From Myxococcota bacterium (GTDB taxonomy: Bacteria; Myxococcota_A; UBA796; SXON01): a DNA stretch of 64,000 bases. This document shows positions 53,974 through 63,312 of the stretch, piece after piece. The notes under the pieces are model-generated. The model was not told where the DNA came from. It made no database searches and was given only the letters and a program-made list of their open reading frames with translations. Location of the stretch: assembly GCA_040386535.1 (NCBI GenBank), contig JAZKFH010000019.1, positions 226,186 through 290,185 on the forward strand. The letters run 5' to 3'. The position numbers and the translations under genes were made by a program. Positions within the stretch are counted from its first letter, which is position 1. Each line of letters starts with the position of its first letter.

Positions 53974-54842
53974 GGCGCCTCTCCGGCGTCAGTCTCCATG
54001 TAGGTGGAGAGCTCCAGGCCCATCGCGGCGAAGGCCGGCGCCGCGTCTACACACGTGGTCCCGAGCGACACGCTGCCGGCGTACACGACTTCTCCACACG
54101 TATCGCAGCTCGAATCGTCGTACGAGAACACGTACCAGTAGCCGGAGGCGTCGTCCCGAAGGCGCATCCCGCCGGTCGGCGCCGTGCCACACGTGCCGCC
54201 GACCGAGAGCTGGTCGAAGTAGACCGCGGCGCCGCCGAGATCGTAGCCGCCGTCCACCTGGCCGGTGACGGTGCCGTCCGGATTTACGCGCGCCTCGATC
54301 CACGCGGCGCCGCTGGTGCCCTCACCGAGCCACAGCCCCGCGGGCTCGTAGCGGAACGAGCCGAGCAGCTCCTGGGACAACACCAGCGCCTCGTCCGTCA
54401 GGGTGACGGTCGCCTGGGTGTCACCCCCCACCTCGAACGGAAAACCGTCGACGTCGGTGATGACGAAGTCGGCGCGGAGACGAAACCCGTACTGTTCGCT
54501 GTCCCGCCATCCGCCTCCACCGCCTCCTGCGCCAGAAAAGATGACCCCCGACGCGGCGCGACAGCCGCCGGCCATGAGGTTCTCGATCGCCATCGGGCTG
54601 GGCGTACAGATCGCGTCCCCCTGCGCCATGAGCGAGCTGAACGTGCGGGAGAGGGGCGGGAAGATGGGCAGGCCCCACCCCAGGGCGTCGGTCAGCGCGG
54701 TCCCGACGCTGGCGGCGGTGAGGGCGGGGGCAGCGATCTCCGGGCCGCGCCGGCCGGTGTCCGGAGCCGCGGTGTCGCCCACGCCCGCCGAGTCGACGGA
54801 GTCGGTCGCGGAGGTGCACGCCAGGAGGAGGAGCAGGGGCAT
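53970..54842 (-). CDS. Hypothetical Cys-containing lipoprotein, first gene of the DUF1501 operon
   Basis: MPLLLLLAC (alternative ATG at 54854); ATGA overlap with the next gene. Confidence 0.75.
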   Translation of the reverse strand: MPLLLLLACTSATDSVDSAGVGDTAAPDTGRRGPEIAAPALTAASVGTALTDALGWGLPIFPPLSRTFSSLMAQGDAICTPSPMAIENLMAGGCRAASGVIFSGAGGGGGGWRDSEQYGFRLRADFVITDVDGFPFEVGGDTQATVTLTDEALVLSQELLGSFRYEPAGLWLGEGTSGAAWIEARVNPDGTVTGQVDGGYDLGGAAVYFDQLSVGGTCGTAPTGGMRLRDDASGYWYVFSYDDSSCDTCGEVVYAGSVSLGTTCVDAAPAFAAMGLELSTYMETDAGEAP

Positions 54843-55095
54843 GGGCGCCCTCATGGTAGCGTGAGCCGGGGGCGGTCGGTGTCGGCTTCGAGACGATGGC
54901 GTGGTTTTCTCGCCCCCGCGGACCGCGGGGCGCCGATCGGGCGCGCCGGCGCGGGCGATGACTTCCGGGCGTGCGGCGCCGGATCGTGGGCGCTGGCGCC
55001 GCGCACCGGTGCAGGCTCGAGAAAGAGCCGCGTAAGATCCGCTCGTCATCTTCGGTAACGTTCGTGTAATGTCGTGCCTTCGCCCCCGGTGCTCG

Positions 55096-58000
55096 ATGCG
55101 TCTCCTGTCGCTGCTCGCCTTGTTCGCCCCCTCGCTCGCGGCCGCCGCGACCTTCTACGACGACGCCGATGGGGACGGCTACGGCGACCCCGACGTGTCG
55201 GTCACCGCCGCGAGCGCGCCCGCCGGCTACGTCGCGAACGACAGCGACTGTGACGACACCGACGGGAGCGTGAGCCCCGCCGACACCGAGACCTGCAACG
55301 GCTACGACGACGATTGTGACGGCAGCCTGGACGAGTCGGGCGACTGCGAATGTGACGTCGAGACGTTCGACGGCAAGGCCTACCAGTTCTGCGCGACCGC
55401 GCGAAGCTGGACCAGCGCGCTCGCCCACTGCGAGGGGGACGGCTACTCGCTCGCCACGATCAGCTCCGCCGCGGAGGACAGCTGGATCAACAGCGAGGCG
55501 GACAGCCGCTCGACCGCCAAGTGGTGGTTCGGGTACAACGACCGGACCACCGAGGGCACCTGGGTGTGGGCGGACGGCAGCGCCCGTCTCTTCACCAACT
55601 GGAACGCGGCCGAGCCCAACGACTCCGGCGGCAACGAGGATTGTTCCCAGCACAATCGTTACACCGACGGGTCGTGGAACGACGAGCCGTGTACCTCGGC
55701 GTTCTATTACGTCTGCGAATACGGCGAGCTGCGCTCCATCTACACCGACGCCGACAACGACGGCTTCGGGGACGACGGGGCGACCGCCGTCACCTCCAGC
55801 GACATCCCGACGGGGTACGCGGACAACAACGACGATTGCAACGACGCCTCCGCCACCGTGAACCCGGACGGGACGGAGATCTGGTACGACGGCGTCGACC
55901 AGGATTGTGACGGCAACGACGCCGACCAGGACGGCGACGGCTACGATGCCACGTCCGAGGGCGGCACCGACTGTGACGACACCAACGCGGCGGTGCATCC
56001 GGGCGCGACCGAGATCGCGTACGACGGCATCGATCAAGACTGCAGCGGCGACGACCTGGTGGATGTCGACGGCGACGGCTGGGACGAGGACGAGGATTGT
56101 GACGACACCGACGCGGCGGTGAACCCGGACGCGTCCGAGGAGTACTACGACGGCGTCGACCAGGACTGTGACGGCGGCTCCGACTACGACGCGGACGGCG
56201 ACGGCTACGACTCCGACGCGTACGGCGGAGAGGACTGCAACGACGCCAACGCCGCCATCAACCCCGGCGCGATCGACATCCCGTACGACGGCGTCGACCA
56301 GAATTGCAACGGCTCGGACGGCGTGCTGGACGCCGACGGCGACGGCTACATCAGCACGATCGACTGTGACGACTCCGACGCGGACGTGAACCCCGGCGAG
56401 GCCGAGGTGTGGTACGACGGCACCGATCAGAACTGTGACGGCAACGACGCCGACCAGGATCTCGACGGCTCCACGTCGACCGTGGTGGGCGGCACCGACT
56501 GCGACGACACGAACATCCTCGTCAACACTAGCGCCATCGACATCCCGTACGACGGAATCGATCAGGACTGTGACGGTAGCGATGCGGAGATCGACGCCGA
56601 CGGCGACGGGTACATCTCCACCGTCGATTGTGACGACTCCAATGCGCTCGTGAACCCCGGCGCGACCGACACGCCGTATGACGGCATCGACCAGGATTGT
56701 GACGGGTCGGACGCGGAGATCGACGCGGACGGCGACGGCTACAACTCCCTCGCGGATTGCGACGACAGCGACGCGACCGTTCACCCCGGCGCCACCGACG
56801 TTCCGTACGACGGCATCGACCAGGATTGTGACGGGTCGGACGCCGAGATCGACGTCGACGGCGACGGCTACGACTCCACCGTCGATTGTGACGACACGGA
56901 CCCCGACCGCAACCCCGGCGCGACCGACACGCCGTACGACGGCATCGATCAGGACTGTGACGGCGCCGACGACGTGATCGACGCCGACGAGGACGGGTTC
57001 GACTCGCTCTCCGACTGCGACGACGCCGATGAGACCGTGAACCCCGACGCGAGCGAGACCTGGTACGACGGCACCGACCAGGACTGCTCCGGCGGCTCCG
57101 ACTACGACCAGGACGGCGACGGCCAGGACGCCCTCGTCGGCGGCGGCCTCGACTGTGACGATCTCGCCGCCAGCACCTACGACGGCGCGGTCGAGAATTG
57201 GTACGACGGGATCGACCAGGACTGTGACGGGGGCTCCGACTACGACGCGGACGCGGACGGGTTCGACTCCGCGAGCCACGGCGGCGAGGACTGTGACGAC
57301 GGCGACGCCTCGGTCAACCCCGACGCGTTCGACGATCCGAGCGACACCATCGACCAGGATTGTTCGGGCGACGCGAGCCACGACGCCGACGGCGACGGGT
57401 ACATCGACGCGGCGTGGGGCGGCGACGACTGCGACGACGCGAATTCTTCTGTCAACCCCGGCGAGACCGAGATCTGGTACGACGGGATCGACGCCGACTG
57501 TGACGGCGGGTCGGACTTCGACCAGGACACGGACGGCTTCGACAGCGCCGACTACGGCGGCGACGACTGTGACGACCTCGACGCCGCGGCCAACCCGGGC
57601 GCGATCGAGATCTGGTACGACGGGGTCGACGCCGACTGTGACGGGGCCTCGGACTACGACGCCGACGCGGACGGTGAGGACGCCGCCGACTTCGGCGGGA
57701 CCGACTGCGACGACGCCGACGCGCTCGTGAACACCGCGGCCTCGGAGACCTGGTACGACGGGGTGGACGGCAACTGTGACGGGCTGTCCGACTACGACGC
57801 CGACGGAGACGGGTTCGACTCCGCCAGCTACGGCGGGACCGATTGCAACGACGGCAGCGCCACGACCTACCCGGGCGCCGCGGACGAGGCGGGCGACGGG
57901 ATCGATCAGGACTGCTCCGGGGATGACAGCAACGACGCCGACGGCGACGGATACGACGACATCGCCTCGGGCGGTGACGACTGTGACGACGCCAACTCCG

Positions 58001-59124
58001 ACGTGCGGCCGGGCGCGGTCGAGACCTGGTACGACGGCATCGACCAGGACTGTGACGGCGGCTCCGACTTCGACCAGGACGCCGACGGGTACGACGCCTC
58101 CGAGTACGGCGGCGAGGATTGCAACGACACGGACGCCGCGGTCAACCCGGACGGCACCGAGGTGTATTACGACGGCGCGGACGGCAACTGTGACGGCCTG
58201 TCCGACTACGACGCGGACGTGGACGGCCACGACAGCGACGTGTACGGCGGCGACGACTGTGACGACGCCGACGTGACGATCTACCCCGGCGCCCCCGAGA
58301 TCCCCGACGGCCTCGACAACGACTGCAACGGCCTCGTCGAGGACGACGACACCGACGGCGACGGCCTCACCGACGACGAAGAGGGCGTGATCGGCAGCGA
58401 TCCGAACGACTCCGACAGCGACGACGACGGCCTGCCCGACGGCCTCGAGGTCGGCGAGGACGTGACCAACCCGGTCGACTCCGATGGCGACACGCTCCCC
58501 GACTGGAACGACCCGGACGACGACGGCGACGGCATCCCGACGGTGGACGAGATCGGCGACTACGATCCCGCCGATCCCACGGACACGCCGGACGACGTCG
58601 ACGGCGACGGCACCCCCGATCACCTCGACACCGACAGCGACGCCGACGGCGTGCCCGACTCGGTGGAGGGGATGGAGGACCTCGACGGCGACGGCCTGGG
58701 CGACAGCGAGGACGCGGACGACGACGGCGACGAGATCCCGACGATCGTGGAGAACGCGGAGGACGCGGACGGCGACGGCGTGGCGGATACGGACGCCGAT
58801 GGCGACGGCACCCCGAACTACCAGGACACGGACTCGGACGGCGACGGCCTGCCCGACCTCGACGAGGGCACCGACGACACCGACGGGGACGGCATCGCCG
58901 ACTACGTCGACCCCGAGGACGGCGACACCGGAGAGCTCCCGGACGACACGGGCGTGGACACCGACGACACGGACGACACGGACGTGCCGGTCTACACCTT
59001 CGAGGGTGGCGGCGGGTGTGGCTGCGCGAGCGCCACGAACTCCACCGCAGCGGGTCCCGCGGGGTTCGCATTGGCCGGGCTCCTGCCCGTGTTCGTCGCG
59101 CTCTTCCGGCGTCGTCGCGAATAG
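55096..59124 (+). CDS. Surface protein: C-type lectin domain, about 20 MopE-like repeats, TSP3-like Asp repeats, MYXO-CTERM tail
   Basis: Signal MRLLSLLALFAPSLAAA; W..A...C...LATI...WFGYND...EPN...EDC...WND..C...YVCE; C-terminal GGGGCGC...FALAGLLPVFVALFRRRRE. Confidence 0.92.
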   Translation: MRLLSLLALFAPSLAAAATFYDDADGDGYGDPDVSVTAASAPAGYVANDSDCDDTDGSVSPADTETCNGYDDDCDGSLDESGDCECDVETFDGKAYQFCATARSWTSALAHCEGDGYSLATISSAAEDSWINSEADSRSTAKWWFGYNDRTTEGTWVWADGSARLFTNWNAAEPNDSGGNEDCSQHNRYTDGSWNDEPCTSAFYYVCEYGELRSIYTDADNDGFGDDGATAVTSSDIPTGYADNNDDCNDASATVNPDGTEIWYDGVDQDCDGNDADQDGDGYDATSEGGTDCDDTNAAVHPGATEIAYDGIDQDCSGDDLVDVDGDGWDEDEDCDDTDAAVNPDASEEYYDGVDQDCDGGSDYDADGDGYDSDAYGGEDCNDANAAINPGAIDIPYDGVDQNCNGSDGVLDADGDGYISTIDCDDSDADVNPGEAEVWYDGTDQNCDGNDADQDLDGSTSTVVGGTDCDDTNILVNTSAIDIPYDGIDQDCDGSDAEIDADGDGYISTVDCDDSNALVNPGATDTPYDGIDQDCDGSDAEIDADGDGYNSLADCDDSDATVHPGATDVPYDGIDQDCDGSDAEIDVDGDGYDSTVDCDDTDPDRNPGATDTPYDGIDQDCDGADDVIDADEDGFDSLSDCDDADETVNPDASETWYDGTDQDCSGGSDYDQDGDGQDALVGGGLDCDDLAASTYDGAVENWYDGIDQDCDGGSDYDADADGFDSASHGGEDCDDGDASVNPDAFDDPSDTIDQDCSGDASHDADGDGYIDAAWGGDDCDDANSSVNPGETEIWYDGIDADCDGGSDFDQDTDGFDSADYGGDDCDDLDAAANPGAIEIWYDGVDADCDGASDYDADADGEDAADFGGTDCDDADALVNTAASETWYDGVDGNCDGLSDYDADGDGFDSASYGGTDCNDGSATTYPGAADEAGDGIDQDCSGDDSNDADGDGYDDIASGGDDCDDANSDVRPGAVETWYDGIDQDCDGGSDFDQDADGYDASEYGGEDCNDTDAAVNPDGTEVYYDGADGNCDGLSDYDADVDGHDSDVYGGDDCDDADVTIYPGAPEIPDGLDNDCNGLVEDDDTDGDGLTDDEEGVIGSDPNDSDSDDDGLPDGLEVGEDVTNPVDSDGDTLPDWNDPDDDGDGIPTVDEIGDYDPADPTDTPDDVDGDGTPDHLDTDSDADGVPDSVEGMEDLDGDGLGDSEDADDDGDEIPTIVENAEDADGDGVADTDADGDGTPNYQDTDSDGDGLPDLDEGTDDTDGDGIADYVDPEDGDTGELPDDTGVDTDDTDDTDVPVYTFEGGGGCGCASATNSTAAGPAGFALAGLLPVFVALFRRRRE

Positions 59125-59148
59125 GTTCCTCCCGCCCGAGGGAGGACC
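59124..59148 (+). terminator. Possible hairpin CCTCCC-N6-GGGAGG after the lectin gene
   Basis: Stem right after the stop codon; no U-tract. Confidence 0.3.
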
Positions 59149-59196
59149 TCCGTAGAGCCTGACGTCGCCCCCTCCGGGGGGCTACAGTCCAGGGAG

Positions 59197-60969
59197 ATGC
59201 GCGTAGAGCTGCGGCAATCCGGCGACACCCAGCTCGTCGATGTCGACGTGGAGGAGGAGGTGCGCCGCGCGCGCTTCTTCGCCGAGGATCTCGTGCGCCA
59301 TCCGCCGTGGACGGGCGACCAGTTCCGCAAGCTCGGCGACATCCCGGCGCTCGAGGAGGCCTTCGACGCGCCCGACGCACGTTTTGCGGCCTTCGTCCGC
59401 GCCCGGCGGTTCCCGTGGGGCACGGTGGCCATGGCGTGTTTCGTGGCGTTGGCGGGCGCGCTCCAGCTCGGCGCCCAGGCCCTCGCCGCCGCGGGCCTCG
59501 CCTCGTTCACGCCGGAGCTCGGCGCCCGCGTGGACCGCGCCGTGCTCGCCGGCGCCACCGGCTACGAGCCGCTCCTGCTCGACGGCGCGTGGTGGACCCC
59601 CTGGACCTCCCAGCTCCTCCACGCGGGCGTGCTCCACCTCGTCGCGAACATCCCGGTGCTCGCCTACTGCGGCTACCGCGTGGAGCGCGCCCTGGGCGTA
59701 GGGGGGCTCGCGGCGGTGGGCGCCGCGGCCGTGCTCGGCGGGACGGCGTTCGTCACCACGTTCGGCGCGTTGCCGGTGGTGGGGGCCTCCATCCTCGCGT
59801 ACGGCTTCTGGGGCGCACAGATCGCAATCGGGTTTCGCGCGGGGGACGCGGTGCCGCCGGGCTGGCGGGGCTTCTACGGCTGGGGCAACCTCGTGCTCTT
59901 CATTCCGCTCTTCGCCGCCAGCCTCGACGCGCAGGGCGTGTCCCACCTGGGCCACGTCGGCGGCCTGCTCGGGGGCATCCTCACGGCGTGCCTCCTCCCG
60001 GCGGAGTCCTTCGCGCCCCGGGCCGCCGCGCGCGCCGCGCGCATCTCCAGCCTCCAGCTCGCGGCGGTGCTCGGCGCCCTGCCGATGGTGGTCGGGCCGG
60101 CCCTCGCCCGCCTCGCGCCGGCGCTCTCGGTCCCGGGGGAGCGGGTCGAGGTGCGCGGCGCCGGGGTCACCCTCGAGCTCCCCTGGCGCATGGCCTCGAA
60201 CCCCACGCGTGTGGGCGGAATGCCCGCGTGGCTGGTGTCGCAGAACCACGACGAGCCCGTGTTCTGCGGCCTCGCGCGGCTCTCGGAGGCCCGGGATCCC
60301 GACGAGCTCGTGTTCCTCGACAGCTGGAGCGAGGCGTTCGGGCGCCCGGTGGAGTCGGTGGCGGCGCCGGCTCCGCTCCGTTCGGGATTCACGAGCCGGG
60401 CCTTCCTCGTGCGCGACGCGGAGACGGGGGAGGTCGCCGGGCGGATCGTCGAGCACGATCTGCGGCGCGGCACCTGGCTCCTGCGCGTGGGCTACCACCT
60501 CGACGCCGAGGGCGATCCCCACGGCAATCCCGGGGTGGGCCGCGAGGCCCTCTACCGCCACGTGCTCGACTCCCTCGTGATCGACGAGCCGCCCCTGCTC
60601 GCCGCCGCCCGGCGCGAGGCCTCACTCTACGCCTGGGATCCCGAGCGCGCGTGGACCCTCGGCCGGGAGCTCACGCGCGCCGGCGCCTACGTGGAGGCCG
60701 ATGGCGTGTGGAGGGGGCTCACGACGCGGTCGGACGGGTGGGAATGGGAGGGCGCGAAGGGCCGGGTGGGGATGTGGGCCGACCTCGCCGAGGCGGGCGA
60801 AGAGGGCGTCCTCGACGCCGTCGTGTCCCGGGAGGAGCGGATCGCCTGGACGGCGGCGTGGGTCGCGCGCGCGCCGGTCGAGAGCGTGGATCTGCGCGCC
60901 GAGGGGCTCCGGTACGTCGTCGGGACCGGCGCGTGCGACGCGTCGATCCCTTGCGCGCTCCTCCCCTGA
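59197..60969 (+). CDS. Rhomboid-family intramembrane serine protease with N- and C-terminal extensions
   Basis: LLHAGVLHLVAN, VERALG, VVGAS (catalytic Ser), SHLGHVGGLLGG (catalytic His). Confidence 0.88.
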   Translation: MRVELRQSGDTQLVDVDVEEEVRRARFFAEDLVRHPPWTGDQFRKLGDIPALEEAFDAPDARFAAFVRARRFPWGTVAMACFVALAGALQLGAQALAAAGLASFTPELGARVDRAVLAGATGYEPLLLDGAWWTPWTSQLLHAGVLHLVANIPVLAYCGYRVERALGVGGLAAVGAAAVLGGTAFVTTFGALPVVGASILAYGFWGAQIAIGFRAGDAVPPGWRGFYGWGNLVLFIPLFAASLDAQGVSHLGHVGGLLGGILTACLLPAESFAPRAAARAARISSLQLAAVLGALPMVVGPALARLAPALSVPGERVEVRGAGVTLELPWRMASNPTRVGGMPAWLVSQNHDEPVFCGLARLSEARDPDELVFLDSWSEAFGRPVESVAAPAPLRSGFTSRAFLVRDAETGEVAGRIVEHDLRRGTWLLRVGYHLDAEGDPHGNPGVGREALYRHVLDSLVIDEPPLLAAARREASLYAWDPERAWTLGRELTRAGAYVEADGVWRGLTTRSDGWEWEGAKGRVGMWADLAEAGEEGVLDAVVSREERIAWTAAWVARAPVESVDLRAEGLRYVVGTGACDASIPCALLP

Positions 60970-60978
60970 CCGCGACGG

Positions 60979-62763
60979 CTACCCGACGACGAGGCGGACG
61001 GCGCGCACGGGGCGATCTAGCCCCTTGAGCACGGCGTCGAAGTGTTCGGTCACGCGTGCGGGGCCGAGCCAACCGGCCTGCGCGGCGCGCTCGGCGAGCT
61101 CTTCGGTCACGACGATCTCGCGCTCGTGGGCCGCCCCCTGGAGGCGCGCGGCGAGGTTCACGGTCTGCCCGAAGTAGTCGAGGACGCCGTTCGCGGTGAC
61201 GACGTAGGCCGGCCCCGTGTGGACGCCGACCTTCAGCATGGTGTCGACCCCGTCGGGGCGGAGCGCGCGGAAGTGGTCCCACGCCGCTTGCATGGCGATG
61301 CCCGCGCGGAGCGCCGCGCCCTCGTCCTGGAAGGCGGCCATGACGGCGTCGCCGATGGTCTTGACGACCACGCCGTTCTCCGCCGCGATCTTCTCGCGCA
61401 GGAGCTCGAAGTGATCCTGCACGAGGCGGAAGGCCGGAGCGTCGCCGACACGGCTGTAGAGCGCGGTGGACGCGGACAGATCGCTGAAGAGGAGGGCGAC
61501 GCGCGCGACGCGGAGCTGGCGGCCGGGGCCGAGCACCTCGCCCGAGAAGAGCCGCCGGAACCGTGGGTGCAGGCTCAAGCTGTGCGCGGTGGCGGCCCGG
61601 TTGGCCCACGCCACGTGCTCCAGCTTCACGTGCCGCGCCGTGCCGCCGACCTGCCGGACCACGATCCGGCCGCCCGGCGCGACCCGCGCGCTCGCCGGAG
61701 TCAGCGCATCACCGAGCAACAGGACGATGTCGTCGGCGCCCTCCGCGACCACGGTGATGTCGGCGGTTGCGCCTCCACGAACGAAAACGCGGTACCGACC
61801 CTCGACGGGCGCACGGAACCGGGCCTCGCCGTCCCGCGCGAGGTGCGCCTGGGCAAGGACGTGGGGCGTCGAGGACGGGCCGCCCGTACAGAAGGGGCGC
61901 GGCTCGACCAGGCGCAGCGCGGGCGCGGGCTGGAAGATGGCCTCGACGGACTGATCGAGCGGCAGGTCGAACCGGATGTCGCAAAACGAGCAATGCCCGC
62001 CGTCCTTGAGCTCGTAGAGGTGCTCGACACGGCTTGATCCGGTGCGGCACGAGGGGCAGATGAGATCCCAGTGCATCTGGAGCAGGCCGGCGATGACGGC
62101 CTCCAGGCACACCGCGAGCACCCGGTCCCGGGGCTCGCCCCAACGGTCCGCCAGCTCGTAGGGGCGCAGGTGCATCACCTCGTCATCGGGGGCCCAGGCG
62201 AGCAGCTCCCCGAGGCGGCGGGCGAGCGGCCGCTCGTCGCTGTCGAGGACGGACTCGAGGGTCGTGACCGCGCGGAGGAAGGTCGGGGAGAGCGGGCCGT
62301 GCGAGACCGGGGCGGCCGGCGCGCCGAGGGAGGCGTCGAACGCCCGGGTCGCCTTGACGATCGTGTCCATGCGCCAGCCGCCGACGAGGCGGGTGATGGG
62401 GGCGAGGAGCGCGAGCTTCACGGTGAACGCGAGGCGCCAGATCACGCGGGACCCGCCCCGGAGGCCGGGCAGCACCTCGAGGCCCATGTGCAGGCTCTGC
62501 AGCGCGCCTGCGGTCATGTTGCGCCGCACGAGGAAGCTGTCGGGTGAGCTCCACTCGAAGGGCTCCTCGTCGTACTCGGCGGGGAACCCGTCGAGCTTCG
62601 TCTTGACGTGGAACCGTTCGCTGCCCGCGCCGTCGATGGGGGTCAGCACCAGCGGCGCCATTCCGACGATCCGGTTGAGCCTCGCGGTGTCGGCCAGGAG
62701 GGGCCAGAGCGTCTCGGGGGGAGACGTACAGGCGATCTCCTGCTCGATCTGCACGGTCTTCAT
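60979..62763 (-). CDS. Class III adenylate cyclase with N-terminal SRPBCC and a central CxxC/CxxC (DUF5939-like) domain
   Basis: LWPLLADTARLN; CPSC...CSFC; FSDLSASTALY, KTIGDAVMA, DYFGQTVNLAAR. Confidence 0.9.
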   Translation of the reverse strand: MKTVQIEQEIACTSPPETLWPLLADTARLNRIVGMAPLVLTPIDGAGSERFHVKTKLDGFPAEYDEEPFEWSSPDSFLVRRNMTAGALQSLHMGLEVLPGLRGGSRVIWRLAFTVKLALLAPITRLVGGWRMDTIVKATRAFDASLGAPAAPVSHGPLSPTFLRAVTTLESVLDSDERPLARRLGELLAWAPDDEVMHLRPYELADRWGEPRDRVLAVCLEAVIAGLLQMHWDLICPSCRTGSSRVEHLYELKDGGHCSFCDIRFDLPLDQSVEAIFQPAPALRLVEPRPFCTGGPSSTPHVLAQAHLARDGEARFRAPVEGRYRVFVRGGATADITVVAEGADDIVLLLGDALTPASARVAPGGRIVVRQVGGTARHVKLEHVAWANRAATAHSLSLHPRFRRLFSGEVLGPGRQLRVARVALLFSDLSASTALYSRVGDAPAFRLVQDHFELLREKIAAENGVVVKTIGDAVMAAFQDEGAALRAGIAMQAAWDHFRALRPDGVDTMLKVGVHTGPAYVVTANGVLDYFGQTVNLAARLQGAAHEREIVVTEELAERAAQAGWLGPARVTEHFDAVLKGLDRPVRAVRLVVG

Positions 62764-62811
62764 CCGCGCACGGTATCAAATTCGCCGGTCGTGTCGCGGA
62801 GCCGCGGAGGG

Positions 62812-63267
62812 CTACCCCTCGATCTTCGCCTCGTCGCACGCCGCCGGGGCGGTCGGATCGAGGTCGTGGCTCTTCAGATAGGCGCCATCGGCGTAGGTCG
62901 CGGGATCGGTGAGGAACAACTTCTCGCAGCTGTCGCAGCAGAAGAAGTACCGGGTGCCGGCGTGGTCGATGTAGGAGACGGCGTCCTCCGGTGCCTTGAT
63001 GGCCATCCCCATCACGGGGCACGCCACCTGGCCGGCGCCGTTGCGGAACGCGGCGGGCACGTCGCCTGCGGCGTGGGCGGAGGCGATGGCGCCCTCCGCG
63101 AGCGGCACGCGGGACCACGCTTCGCCCAACGCGGCGAGGGGCGCCGCCGGGGCCGCCGCTGCCGTGGGGGCGGGAGCCGCTGTCGTGGGGGCCTCTGCCG
63201 TGGGGGCGGGCGCGCTCCCGCAGGCGGCGACGAACGCGAGGACGAGTCCGGAGAGGAGGGTTCGCAT
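62812..63267 (-). CDS. YHS/TRASH-domain lipoprotein
   Basis: FVAAC lipobox; CPVMG...RYFFCCDSCEKLFLTDPATY. Confidence 0.85.
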   Translation of the reverse strand: MRTLLSGLVLAFVAACGSAPAPTAEAPTTAAPAPTAAAAPAAPLAALGEAWSRVPLAEGAIASAHAAGDVPAAFRNGAGQVACPVMGMAIKAPEDAVSYIDHAGTRYFFCCDSCEKLFLTDPATYADGAYLKSHDLDPTAPAACDEAKIEG

Positions 63268-63312
63268 TCGTGCTGCTAACCGGGAACCGCCTGGGTCGGC
63301 GTGCCCGTCGGC

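Noticed and set aside
55351..55720. C-type lectin as a diversity-generating retroelement target
   Set aside because: No reverse transcriptase and no second near-identical template repeat seen in the window; the domain is N-terminal and of the canonical Ca-binding type.
47976..59124. MopE-like repeats as evidence of a copper-acquisition island
   Set aside because: The DxDGDG/DCDD repeats are at least as consistent with Ca2+-binding structural repeats; no copper ATPase, multicopper oxidase or Cus genes in the window.
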